Assembly (NCBI RefSeq): GCF_006345805.1 | Contig: NC_042998.1 | Span: 5,518,001-5,582,000, forward strand | DNA: 64,000 nucleotides | DNA from: Octopus sinensis | Taxonomy: Eukaryota | Direction: 5' to 3' | In this document: positions 26,621 through 39,457 of the stretch, piece after piece | Layout: every line of letters begins with the position of its first letter | Position numbering within the stretch: position 1 is the first letter of the stretch | The notes under the pieces: model-generated | The model's database searches: none | The model's input: only the letters and a program-made list of their open reading frames with translations | Told to the model about the DNA's origin: nothing | Translations under genes and position numbers: made by a program

Positions 26621-27894
26621 TCAGGCTGAGTAAAAACTAAGCAAATTTTTGAAACATGAAATCCATCACAATATATTTCAACAATGCGGTAATTTTATTC
26701 CTCAAAGTAAGTACCATTACACTCAACACATTTTTTCCAACGAGTTACAAGTTTGTTTATTCCGGTAACGTAAAAATCTGGAGTTCTGGAGCTGAAGAAA
26801 TCTTTGAATGCTCTTTCAGCATCGGTTTGATTTTTGAACTCCTTCTCTCGCATGAAACTATCAAGGTGCTTGAAAAAGTAGTAGTCGGTAGGAGAAAGTT
26901 CTGTGGAATAAGCTGGTGGGGAAGAACTTTGTAGCCAAGTTCCCTCGACTTCTGGAGCGCCATTAGTGAAACGTGTGGTCAAGAATTGTCATGAAGAACG
27001 ATTGGCCCTTTTCTGTTGACCAGTCAGAGATGGAGGAGCAACAGTTTTTCGTTCATTTTGGCAATTTCGTGACAATTTGTTTCTGCAATAATAGTTTTTC
27101 CGAGTTCTAGGAAGTTATAGTGGATGACTCCAGCAGTACACTGCCTAACAGTCACCATAGCTTCTTTTTGAAGAGCTCAGATTTTGGGAAGGTTTTCGGT
27201 GCTTCATTTTGATCCAACTACTGCGAAAAACGTTTTTATTATTGTATTGAATCCACTTTTCATCACAAGTTACAACACGATCGAGAAATTGATCGGTCTG
27301 ATTATGGAGAAGAAGCGATGGGCAAATTTTATATCTGCGCATTTTCTGATTATCATTCAAATCGTGTGGTACCCATTTGTGAAGCTTTTCTGATTTTCCG
27401 ATCGCATGCAAATGGTAGCAGACAGTTTTCTGCCTAACTTGAAGTTCTTTTACCAGTTCTCGAATGGTTTTACGTAAATCTTTCTCAATGACAGTCTTTA
27501 ATTGACCGTCATCGATGGTAGATGGGCATCCACTTCGCTCACGATCTTCAAAACTCAGCTCTCCACTGCGAAAACGTTTAAACCATTTTCAAGCTGACCA
27601 TTCACTGGTCATGGTCATTTCCTCACCAAACGCTTCATTGATACCGTGAGCAGTTCCAGCTGCTTTAAGTCCTTTTTTGAAGTTGAATAGCAAAATTGTT
27701 CGAATATTGCACTTTGACAGTTCCATTTCAGATGAAATAATATCAATGTTAATTTATTGATGCATTTGGACAAGTTTATGTCTGTATTATCAGACAACTG
27801 AAAAAAAAAAGTGTTTAAAAAATTCAAAATTCTGCAAAAATCCGATACAAATTCTTCTTGGTTCAAAACGTTATTTATTTTTTACTCAACCTGA
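26621..27894 (-). mobile_element. Full-length degenerate mariner transposon (second family)
   Basis: TIRs TCAGGCTGAGTAAAAA and rc TCAGGTTGAGTAAAAA; TA TSDs at 26619-26620 and 27895-27896; WVPHDL, FLDRVVTCDEKW, YSTELSPTDYYFF motifs. Confidence 0.93.
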
Positions 27895-28140
27895 TAGATG
27901 TTTTAACGAAAATCAATTGATTGGTAGAGTTTGTAAAGCTTTAGTTACGTCCCTTTCCTGCCCGTACTAAGTTATCAACCCACTGGGTCGTATTCTTCTT
28001 GTTATCCAGCTGGATTGGTAGCATAACGCGTTAGGCAAGTACAGAGGTTGATATAACCGATTATACTTTTCCTTCAAAATTGAGATTCTTGTGTCTATAC
28101 CAGAAATCAAAATTAGTTCATACAAATATTTCATACTTAC

Positions 28141-28230
28141 AGCGTAGAGTATAAAAAATTTTCTCTCAGTTTCTTTCCTCGACTGATAAGCCTGATGTCT
28201 GGCATCCTGCCAAGTTATCAGATGTCGTTT
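28141..28230 (-). pseudogene. Profilin-like exon remnant with a frameshift
   Basis: DNLAGCQTSGLSVEER then, after a frameshift, KFFILYA|GTAAGT; compare yeast profilin DNPAGLQSNGLHIQGQKFMLLRA (recalled, not searched). Confidence 0.45.
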
Positions 28231-29334
28231 CTTACTCATCACTTTCTTTTATTCCTTCCAGGCATATTACTTAAATCTTATCAACTCCACTGTTTTATTC
28301 TCTCCCAATCGCGTTCCCTGCAGCTGTCTTTGTGTGTAGATTTTTGTCTGTGTTTAAATGCATTGCATGGAACTGGCTCACAACACTTGTTCAAATGACA
28401 ATTGATCACAGCCTTATTGGAAAGAACAATTATTCGCTTTAAGAGGCAAAATATTAAAACAATGGTTTTGTAGATAAGCTTCGTTACACTATTAAAAATT
28501 CTTTTTGTATATTTAATAAATCAAAAAATTGAACACAATATTTTGTTCAAAGTAGTTACAATTACATATAGCGTTGAGGATTGCTTCTAGAATCCAACAG
28601 TTTTTTCTAGTAAGCTTTTGCACACATATAGAGTTTCATTGATGTTTAGTTATGAGTTAGGGTTGGTACTTTTCAGTTGATGACCTCAAAACAATTACCT
28701 ATGTGAATTCAAAAGCAGTCACAACATATGTTTTTAACAGCAGCCACCCAAAATATTAAATGAAAATATACAACTAACTTTGACATTGACTTTTCCCCAT
28801 CTTTTACAACTTATTTGTATATGCTTGGTATTCTAAAGTTGCTGGATGTACATACATACCAGAGTGAAACAGCGGTGATGAGTTGAAATTCTAAAGATGT
28901 GTGTTCCGTATCCACCATATGTACGTATGCATATATATATATGTATACGTTTGTATATGTAAGTATTCGAATGTTGTATTTATATGTATTTATGTTTCTT
29001 TTCTGTGTGTATTCTACAGACGAGGCAAAGCATCCCTAAATGCAAAGTCAGAAATCCGGGATCTAGAATTATCCAGTAATTTTTTACTAGTTTCATCTTG
29101 TCTCTTTGTTTTCTCTCCGTGTTGCGATATGGACAATTAAGGTGGTTTTAGAGTCAGATCATGGCTGCTATTTTCAGCATGGTGGTATCTTGTAGATACC
29201 CTAATTTATAATTTTAATAATTATTACCTCTGAAGGTTATTTTTTCCATGCTGGCCACTTGATAAAATCCTTATTTTATTTTAAATTAATGATCTTATCC
29301 TTATTTATATAAATTTATATATAAACTTAGATAA

Positions 29335-29610
29335 ACTTAGATATGTTTCGACCAAAGATTGGACCAGGCCATGTCTAACTTAGCAGCACCACCTGATAGG
29401 ATTATTCGAATCCTGTTTAAGTCAAGTTTTCTTTATGGTCCATTCAAGTAGTGAGTCTTTGTTGGGTGAGTTGTATCCATTTATGGGTGGCTTATCTGGT
29501 ATTCTTTGAAGGAATCTATCCAGACTCCGTTTAAAGTCGATGGGATCCTTTTCCTCTTTGATCTCTTTCGGGACAATGTTAAATAGGGCAGGGCCTGTTG
29601 AGGAAAAGAA
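29335..29610 (-). mobile_element. CR1-type LINE 3' end
   Basis: [42 protein letters not shown] then a short 3' UTR with AAGTTTAT repeats. Confidence 0.8.
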
Positions 29611-29634
29611 ATTATGTTGCAGAGTACATGTTTG

Positions 29635-29935
<301 letters not shown>

Positions 29936-31875
29936 TGTCCGTTCTTTCATTGCAACACAGAATATTATTAAACTAGGATCAGCCACACGAATGCCCATTT
30001 TACAAATGAAGTAATCCCTTTACAAATGAAGTAATCCCTATTCATTATATGCTGTCAATCCTCTTTACACTTTGCGCTGTTTCCTGCCGTGCTCATTGCC
30101 ACTTTTCCTTGTTAAGCTAGTGATCCCTTTTTTAGATACAACCAACTAAAGAACGTTTAACACAACCTGTAGTTGTTTTGATCATTTCTAAATGCGGGAT
30201 AAAATTATGAACAGCTTAGGCGTTGGTGCTAACATTAGTTATATTATATTCATGCAGTTAGATGAGAGAACTATGTATTGTTTTACAAATAGAAATAAAG
30301 GTCAATATGTGCATAAAGATTAAACAGAACAAACTCAATTTATTTCTTTTCTATTAAGGCATTAGAGCAATCAAACCAAGTATGGGTTTTTTTCATTTTG
30401 CATAACGGTGACTATGATGTTAACATCAGAGGACACGGAGAATCACGTTTGTGTAATGGAAAATTTTCCATACTGTAATTAAAATTTTAATCGTTTTATT
30501 AAATATTTGTTTTAATTTGAGCAATTGTCATTTCTTTCCAATAAGAGTGTGAGCAATTGTTGCCTAAACAATAGTCTTCCGAGCAATTGTCTTCTGAGCA
30601 ACTATCGTGTCTCTAGTTTTAAATGTGTGGCATGCGTGCGAGTGTTTCCATATGTGTCTGTATAGCTATATGTGTTGTATTGTGTATGCGTGTGTGCGTG
30701 TGTACACAAAAGAAAATTTTTCTGAGAACCAAAGTGTTTAGAACAGGATGAGAAGAAATCGAAGTATGTAAAAAGAAAGATGAGAAAAAAAAATGAGAAA
30801 ATATTTAGAGTATAAGATTAAATATTTCAGAGACTATAAAGCTTATTTTTAAATCCTGTCCATCGAACTGGTTATTGAATTTCAGTGTTCAATTATATAA
30901 AGCAGTAAGCAGAAGAGAAAGATAGCAATGATTACTCAGCTGAAAGGGAAATAATGGCTTAAATACTTGTTTGAAACTTATTTTAATGCATGCAAACAAA
31001 CTATCTCCTTCACGTATTAAAACAACCATATGAATTTCCCAAACTAAATATTTTTAGTAAATGTGGAGAAATATCTCCAATTAGCCACGTATAGCATTAG
31101 AACTATGCAAATATTAAAAAGATGAAAAAGTAATGGGATTGATAAATTTAAAACGAGGGGCGACATCATTTTTTAATAGAGAAATAAAAGAAATAGTAAT
31201 GTGTGTGTTCTACAAAATCGCTGACTTTTATTTAGAATATAAAGTATCTCAGACACGCATGATTTGCAATCTATTTCGTGACCTATTATCAAAAGGCGTG
31301 ACTTTGTTCAGGAAAACTTTCTAACAACCTCCCAACGTCTATATGCTGGCAAACAAAGCCAAAAGTGCAAAAGAATTAATCTACACAACTCTCTAAATGC
31401 CTGGCGAATAATATTAGCAGAATAATAGTATTAACACTATAAACAGAGAAAAAAAAGTAGTCTTCTAATTAAAAACAGGGAACTTGGTGGAGCTCTTTAC
31501 CTAAATACAGATTATTCGACCAACGTGCTTTTTTTCACTTGATACGGAAGACATGGAAACATCAGGTGTTTTCCCAGTAAGTGAGTAAATGAATATAACA
31601 TGTGCTATAGGCATGGTAATGAATACATGAATAGCCTAACGTTTTTTGGAAACAAATCAAATTTCAATGAATAGTTGACTAATCGTGTTTAGGGGTGTAT
31701 TTTTGGTTATTTGTGCTTATTTGTTGTCACGCTACTTCCTGCTTCAATCGTTCGTTTGAACGATCGTAAATGTTAAACACAGACCTAAGATATTATAAGC
31801 TTCACTTTTTAATAGGAATTTATGTGCATACATACAAGTGTGTGAGTGTGTGAGCGGGGTGTACGTATAAAAATA

Positions 31876-32065
31876 TTTGTTTCATAGTTTGGGTCAAGGC
31901 CAGCAGTTAAGTGAGAGGGATTAGTCAATTACATCGACTCTAGTACGTACTTTATCGACCCCGAAAGGATGAAAGACAAAGTGGACCTCGGCGGAATTTG
32001 CAGAACGTAAAAACGGCTAAGCATTTTCCCCCAAGCGCACTAACTACTCTGCCAGCTTGCCGCCC
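31876..32065 (-). mobile_element. S2 SINE
   Basis: Reverse complement of GGCGGCAAGCTGGCAGAG head and CCGAGGTCCACTTTGTCTTTCATCC body. Confidence 0.8.
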
Positions 32066-32814
32066 TAATACGCATTGAAATCTTATATAACCATACATAA
32101 ATAAATGCATAAAAATATGTGTGCGTGTGTGGTCTTTATTTATACTGTTAATGCAATGTCTTCTAATAAAGAAAACGTTGAACTGGATTCTATTTAAGTG
32201 ACAAAATTCTGTCATTTTTTTAATTCAGTAAGCAACAGCTGAATATAGTGATATGCTAAACTTAAAACTTATACAAACTACACAGTCACATACTAAACTC
32301 TAGAAAATTTTTCTATTCGTCAAATTTATTTCGAGAATTCATGATAGATATTATTTTTCTCTGGCTAAAACCCCAGCTTTTCAAGATTAACAAAAGACTT
32401 AAGAATTTGGCCAATTTACATAAAATTGCAGGTGCACATGCAAATTTATAATCAGAATAAACAACTTTTAGCTTTCGAAATTTTTGTCTATAAATATAAT
32501 TTTGTCGTTTTTTTTTGTTTATTTTTTTTATTTTTACTGAAATACTCACATCATTTAGGTAACTGTTTTTCTCAATAGCACGTAATTTTTTGCTTTTTGA
32601 AAACTAATCTAGACTGGTATTTGCCTTTAATAGACTTTCTAAAGAGTGTTTTCCACCATTATTCCTTGTGTCGAGACGTAGATAAATCAAATACTATTAA
32701 TATCTTTTCATATTTAACCCAGAACAGACTGTTATTGACAAACCGAAATGTATACTGTTTGAGCAGGAACGTTATACGCCAAAGAAAATTAATGTACAAA
32801 AATCCTTCTCTTTA

Positions 32815-34900
32815 CAGAAATAATGCGTTCCTGAAAATCTGACCGTAACACGAAATTCCGCTATGCGAAATTAATTTTCCTATTGATTTTCGTATTATCA
32901 AGTGAGATTGCGTTCCTACGCTTTTTTCGAAAATAAAAAGGTGCACAAGAAAACAACTGATTGCAAGCAACACAATCACCTTTATACATGAAAATCGCAA
33001 TTTCTAAACATACACGGTAAATATAGATGAATAAAAGCACAAAAACATTTCAATAGGAATAAGTTACGGAATTAATAAGAATCCTAATATCGTTAGAATA
33101 CATTCTTAACATAAACGATGCTGACTATTGTGTGAGGGGTGATGGTGATGGAATGAGCGTTACTAGGAGGATGAGAAACAATATTTACTATCCTATAATT
33201 CATTACTACAAACAGCTTGAGGGTGAAGAACTTGGTGAAGTTGTTCGTTGTTTATGACGCATCATCTCTTTTTACAGATCAGTATAGGAACATATTGTAA
33301 ACTCCTCTTGTAATTTGTATGTTTGGACCATTATCAGCAAAAACCTGCAGGCTTTCCTCTATAAGTGCCAACCTTTTAGCAATAATTTTTGTAGTCAATT
33401 TAAGTGGTGTAAGTGGAACTTCCGTTGTCTCATCTATATTCTCAGCTTGATCTTTTTCTAACAACATCAGCTCCTCGTTGGGTAAATTTTCTCTCTGGGA
33501 CACTGACAACTCAATCTCTACGACTTCTTCAAATCCTACATCCTTTGCAAGTGTCACAGTCTCTTTCCTAATTTGATGTAGACTTTCTGCTTGTCGAAAA
33601 CTTGTAATGTCGCGGATGTTTGGCCATGTACGTTTCCCAACGTTTCCCATGTACGTTTCCAAAGCTTCACTTCATCCTATGACCCAGCATCCATTATACT
33701 AATTTTCTTCTAGAAATCTCTAACTGTAAGTTTATCTTCCCTGTCAATTGGTTTCATAAGTTGTTTGAAAGTTCTTCTCATATGATATGCCTTGAAGTTA
33801 GCTATCACACCTTGATCCATTAGCTGGAGCAAAGTATTTGTATTCTTGGGTATATATTCTGCTATCACATTATCGAAAAGATCATCTAAGTTTGTTGGGT
33901 GGCTCAGTGCATAGTCTAAAATAAGCAATGCTTTCTTGGAAATATATCTGGCACTGTACCTTTTTACGGCAGGATAAAAGTCGTTTGTAACCACTCATTG
34001 AAAAGGCTCTTAGTCATCCATGCCTTCTTATTTTGAACGGCAAATCAGAGGTAAATAAAACTTTGTGTAACCTTTGAAAGATCTTAGATTTTTGGAGTGA
34101 TACACATGTATGGGCTTTAATTTCGTATCACCAGCAGCATTCCCTCCTAACAGAAGTGCCAGACGAGTTTTGAAAGCTTTGAGTCCTGGCCTTGATTTCT
34201 CTTATCGAGAAATAAAAGTTCTAGCAGGTATGCGCTTCCAGAAAAGTGCAGCCTTATCAATTTTGCATACCTTTAATGGTGTGTAGCCCCTTCAGCAGCC
34301 ATTTTCTTCAACTGCTCAAGATAATCAGTAATAAACCTCTGTATCAGCACTTACAGTTTCACCAGTCGTATTTATGTTGTGCAAATTCACGCACTTCTAA
34401 AACCTTTCAAATCAGCGTTTACTAAACAAAATGGGTTTTCATTAGAAGTTTCAGCTTCTTTTTCTGGCCATATAAACTTTTAACTCCTTTTTTGAATTGC
34501 CATCGTGTTTATTGGCACATTACGCCGATTCTGATCCTCGATCCATTTACTCAAGCTTTACATTAGATCTATGGAAACTATCAGGTTCCGACAGTTACGA
34601 AGTAGCTTCTGGAACACTTGACATAATTTCCTCTCTGGTATCACATACCGTTTCTACAACAGACGTTGCAACATTTAATGTTTTGGCAAACTTATTTTTA
34701 TTTCTGCATCAAGTATTTTCAAGACATCAAGTTTAATATTCAGTGTAATTCCTTTGTGGTTCCTTTTGGCATTACTGCCTCCAGGTCTACTTCAGAGCTT
34801 TATTTCCAGACATCTTAAATTGGAGTCAAATCTAACAACAGCGGCGATCAACTAACCACAACAAATCTTTAATAAAAAAAAAACACTTGATTCAAGAACA
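32815..34900 (-). mobile_element. Tigger/pogo-type DNA transposon remnant (ends approximate)
   Basis: CENP-B HTH-like WIEDQNRRNVP; DDE_1-like ALLILDYALSHP..PKNTNTLLQLMDQGVIANFKAYHMRR. Confidence 0.85.
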
Positions 34901-34989
34901 CAAATATAGGGTATTAGTGAAAAAGAACGTTTCCCAAAAGTGTTTCTCTCGATCATATTATTTCAAGTCTGTCTGAAACCATATTCAGT

Positions 34990-35278
34990 GGAGGCGCAAT
35001 GGCCCAGTGGTTAGGGCAGCGGACTCGCGGTCGGAGGATCGCGGTTTCGATTCCCAGACCGGGCGTTGCGTGTGTTTATCGAGCGAAAACATCTAAAGTT
35101 CCACGAGGCTCTAGCAGGGGGTGGTGGCTCCCCCTGTTGTACTCTTTCACCCCAACTTTCTCTCACTCTTTCACATCCTGTTTCTTGAGTAACGCTGCGA
35201 TGGACTGAAACACATACGCCACAGAAACCGGAAAACCAGGCCCATGAGCCTGGCTAGGCTTGAAAAGGGCGCATAAAA
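34990..35278 (+). mobile_element. S3 tRNA-derived SINE
   Basis: A-box TGGCCCAGTGG, B-box GGTTTCGATTCC, tail CCCATGAGCCTGGCTAGGCTTGAAAAGGGCGC. Confidence 0.88.
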
Positions 35279-35383
35279 TAAAAAAAAAACATATTCTACG
35301 TTTAAGCTATCGGAAAGCATGTCAAGTTTCTTCTCAGTACTTCAATCATAAAGTTTGTCATATCTGCTGAAGCTCCCAACTTC

Positions 35384-35447
35384 CTAATGCCAGGAACTTG
35401 CGAGGGAACGGCTTTCTTCTTTGCAAATGTCAAACGTCCCAAACATT
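35384..35447 (-). pseudogene. Profilin-like exon candidate ending in TAG
   Basis: Acceptor TTGTTATTTTAG; MFGTFDICKEESRSLASSWH*; FDICKEESRSLASSW aligns ungapped to profilin FAVTPAQGQTLASAF (recalled Acanthamoeba sequence). Confidence 0.35.
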
Positions 35448-35701
35448 CTAAAATAACAATGTTATCTATGAAAACTGATGAAATATTCTTTTGGACAGCA
35501 CTTCTGTACGGTATGTGTTCGTCAATATCTAGGCATTTACAACATTCATTATTCGAAGGAAAGGATAGAGAAAATCACTGATGTTGATCTTTTCGGTTTG
35601 GAAAACAATTTTCTCATTTTCGGCAACTTACTAAGTATAAATATTTTTATTGATCGAATTCCTTCCCTTTATCAGCTGGAAACGTTGTTATTAAATCTCA
35701 C

Positions 35702-35761
35702 CGTTTCCCAACGTTGTAAATATTTCCAGTATGGATCATCAGTTTGTCAACAAAGACATTC
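35702..35761 (-). CDS. Profilin-like N-terminal coding exon (60 nt)
   Basis: TTTTAAATCAG acceptor and CG|GTGAGA donor; the only open frame reads (W)NVFVDKLMIHTGNIYNVGKR, matching profilin W-x-x-[YF]-V-D-x3-[VI]-x-T-G. Confidence 0.5.
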
Positions 35762-35904
35762 CTGATTTAAAATTACAGAACGCTTTGCTACTGTGACCTC
35801 TAAAATCTATTACAGAATTTTGTAAAAATGACAATGGGTTTCGTGGCAAAATAAATAGAATCATATATTGTCGTATCGAAATATACTTTCTCATATCCGA
35901 AGTC

Positions 35905-36125
35905 AGGACGCCATGATAGATCGTTAGCATTTTTTTCTCTCCTTTTTTTTCTCTCCTTGTTTCTCTCCTTGTTTTTTTTCTGTGTATATTTCTGTCGAAG
36001 AGCGTAGGCTCGAAACGTAAAAGACTTTTTCTATTTCTATTCCTGAGCGCCATACTAATACATTTGTTTGTTTGTACTCCACCTGCCTTCGTCTTTTGTT
36101 TATTTTCGTAAACTTTCCCGTTATA
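35905..36125 (+). mobile_element. Short hammerhead-bearing repeat, Penelope pLTR-like (copy 2)
   Basis: Homologous to the rc of 1579-1790. Confidence 0.6.
35987..36024 (+). ncRNA. Minimal type-I hammerhead, CUGUCGA core variant (copy 2)
   Basis: TATTT CTGTCGA A GAGC GTAG GCTC GAAAC GTA AAAGA; stem I has one mismatch. Confidence 0.55.
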
Positions 36126-36674
36126 CTTTCTCATAGATATATAACGTCAGAGATTATATGTTTTCAGTTACAACAACCAAGATAACAAACTAGACTTTGT
36201 GAGCCTCTCAGTGACAGTAACCGCCGAGGGTTGTAAAAGATACATTCATTTAGTGAAATGATTCAAACATTCTTAAAGCTATCAGTGAAGAAATATATTA
36301 AATCCTTTCCAATAAACATGTTATACAATTACAAGGTTTTAGCAGTTTTCTTTTTATTTTGCTTCTACTTGACGAAATAATCGTGGCCTTTCTGGTTTCA
36401 TGAAGCCCGTTTACTTAAGATTGATTCCGAGATGATTAATTACGCAACCGTATGCCTCATGACAGCAAATAATTTTGAAGCCATTGTCCAAATTTAGAAT
36501 TTTTAGAAATTTTATTTATGCTTCATAGGAGTTTTCTTTTATATTTTTTATATTTAATTGATTTTTAACGCTTGGTCGACAAATTCCATAAGATACATTT
36601 TCTGTGTTTTGTTCCAGTCTGTTACGTTTGCATTTCATTAATATTGTGATTGGAATATTGAACTAATACGCTTT

Positions 36675-37139
36675 ACACACACACACACATACATACATAC
36701 ATACATACATACATACATACATACATACATACATACATACATACACACACACACCTATGTACATACATACACACATTCATACTATGTACAAACATATAAA
36801 CATATGTACGTAAATACATACATACATACATACGTACATACATAACTTACATACATACATATATATATACATACCTACCTACGTACAAACATACATACAT
36901 ATACATGTACGTATACACACACATACATACATGAATACATACATACATAAATACATATATACATACATAATACATACATACAAACAAACATACATAGATA
37001 TATACATACATACGTACGTACAAACATGCACACATAGCCTACATACATACATACATACATACATACATACATACATACATACATACATACATACGTACGT
37101 ACGTACGTACGTACATACATACATACATACATACATACA

Positions 37140-37172
<33 letters not shown>

Positions 37173-37180
37173 GTATGTAT
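36675..37180. repeat. (TACA)n-rich compound microsatellite
   Basis: Direct reading. Confidence 0.95.
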
Positions 37181-37202
37181 CACTGTATGTATCTATCGAT
37201 GA

Positions 37203-37580
37203 CCGGGAAAATTCCGCGAGAAAATACCAAGGGAAAAAATGCCACAGGAAAAATGCCACAGTACAATATCATGCCCATTAAAATCATGCCAAAATTTTAC
37301 ACAGTAAAATATCATACCAGAAAAATGCCCAGTAAAAATATCACTGATATAAATGTCACAATACAAGTAAAACAGAGTCCATGTTACAATAAAATGTGAC
37401 TGGTAAATATGGAGTCCATGTTTAGCATTTTTCCACAATTGGAATATACGTAGGAAATTACAAGTTTACATTCACTCTACCTCGGAAAAGTATTCATCAC
37501 TTTTATCGCTTTGAAGCTGTACAAGTGCTTCTAGGGTAGTTTATTGTTGCATTTTTACCTGTGGCATTTTTTCCGGAATT
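37203..37580. mobile_element. MITE-like element with repeated subterminal GAAAAATGCC motifs
   Basis: Left GGAAAAAATGCCACAGGAAAAATGCCAC; right end rc GGAAAAAATGCCACAGGTAAAAATGC. Confidence 0.55.
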
Positions 37581-37810
37581 CTTATGTATCTACATCACTG
37601 CAGCTTCTTATATGTTGTTTTTTGGGATTATCGTTTCAAAGAATTAATTCCATAATACTTGATTACTTTGTTTGTAATAGAATTACGAAAGTGTCACAGC
37701 TATTAATGAAAGTCATATCGTCAACGCACAGTTTTCATTGATTGTCACACCTCACTTAGGTATATTAACTGAATTTCGATTTTATTTGAGTTTAGTTATT
37801 TATTATCAGT

Positions 37811-38058
37811 GAAGGCGCGTGGCTTAGTGGTTAGGGTGTTAGCATCATGATCGTAAGATTGTGGTTTCGATTCCTGGACCGGGCGATGCGTTGTGTTCTT
37901 GAGCAAAACACTTCATTTCACGTTGCTCCAGTCCACTCAGCTGGCAAAAAATGAGTAACACTGGGATGAACTGGCGTCCCATCCAGCTAGGGAACACATA
38001 CGCCATTGAAACCGGGAAACCGGGCCCATGAGCCTAGCTAGGTTTTAAAAGGGCGCAT
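37811..38058 (+). mobile_element. S3-type SINE (variant head)
   Basis: TGGCTTAGTGG A-box, GGTTTCGATTCC B-box, same tail as 34990-35278. Confidence 0.85.
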
Positions 38059-39083
38059 TTATTATTTATTTATTATTACTCCTCCTTCAAGATTGAAAAT
38101 TTGTAAGCATTATGAAAGGAGTTGTCACTAGTTTACAAAAGATTGTTCTGGTTGTCTTAACATAGTAGACTTATGACATGTAAGTAGTCGACTAAACAAC
38201 TAGATACGGCTGATATTCCAGATATGCCACACTGCCGTCTAACTAATCATCATACTACACATTCCGACATCACTCTCTCGTTTATAACACAGTGTTGCTA
38301 TTTGAGCATGTAGTTGTTACTTTGACGTTTTCTGACAACATAACCATACATTTTATTTTTCTGATAAATAGGAACTTTTTCTCCAAGATATTTTTATGGA
38401 GATAAATCTGTCCAGTATCTTTTGGCGAATATTCGTGATCTTTAATTCTGAAATACTTTTCGAAAACTACTTTTCCAAACTCATGATACTATCTGCTTCA
38501 TATTTGCTTATTTGCTCCATGCGACATTCAAATATTATCTTAACCGATTTAAAGCATGTCTCCTTGGTTTCGGTTTAGTTAAAGGTGGTCAATAATCAGA
38601 ATTGATTCAGACATTTCTGATAGCAATTAGCTATTTCCATCTAGTTTATATAAATGGCTGAGCTCTCGTCTAGCATCCAGTCAGATAGTATGAACTTCAT
38701 ACATAACTGAATTATTTCAAAATGAGATATTTGCATCAACGAGCAATGTTTGTCGAACGCAGCATAGAGTTGCTGAGTGCGATGTTATTCCCAAATATAA
38801 AACCTGTAAACAAATAGTATGATTATTTCGAAGGCGAAGATAAATAACATATCCGAGTCAAATAATGATTATGACATTATGTGTGACAACAAACCAGCTT
38901 CCATCAGGAGCAGTCTCAACCCTTGTTAATAGTAAATGCTGGTCGTTCACATAATACAGTTTCCACAGACTATTACAACACTCACAGCAATGATAATAGA
39001 AACAATTGAAAAATAATTCCTAATTCAATTTGTAAGAGAACAATGATTTGCTCCTAAAACTCTGGCTGTTCTGTAGACTTTAT

Positions 39084-39457
39084 TTTACTCTTTTACTTGT
39101 TTCAGTCATTTGACTGTAGCCATGCTGGAGCACCGCCTTTTAATCGACAACTCGACCCCGGGACTTATTCTATCGGTCTCTTTTGCCGAACCGCTAAGTA
39201 ACGGGGACATAAACACACCAGCATCGGTTGTCAAGCAATGCTAGGAGACAAACACAGACACACAAACACACACACGCATATATATATACATATACGACGG
39301 GCTTCTTTCAGTTTCCGTCTACCAAATCCACTCACAAGGCTTTGGTCGGCCCGAGGCTATAGTAGAAGACACTTGCCCAGGGTGCCACGCAGTGGGACTG
39401 AACCCGGAACCATGTGGTTGGTAGACAAGCTACTTACCACACAGCCACTCCTGCGCC
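39084..39457 (-). mobile_element. S1 SINE
   Basis: Reverse complement of the S1 consensus. Confidence 0.9.

Noticed and set aside
29340-29400. Hammerhead-like CTGCTAAG..GGTCGAAAC in the CR1 3' UTR
   Set aside because: The core departs at several positions and stems I and III do not form; more likely an ordinary LINE 3' stem-loop.
31510-31576. Plus-strand 66-nt exon-like segment ending CCA|GTAAGT
   Set aside because: Open frame but no homology or linked exons.
34990-35065. tRNA gene
   Set aside because: A and B boxes are present but it continues into a SINE body and tail seen in several diverged copies; I could not build a convincing cloverleaf.
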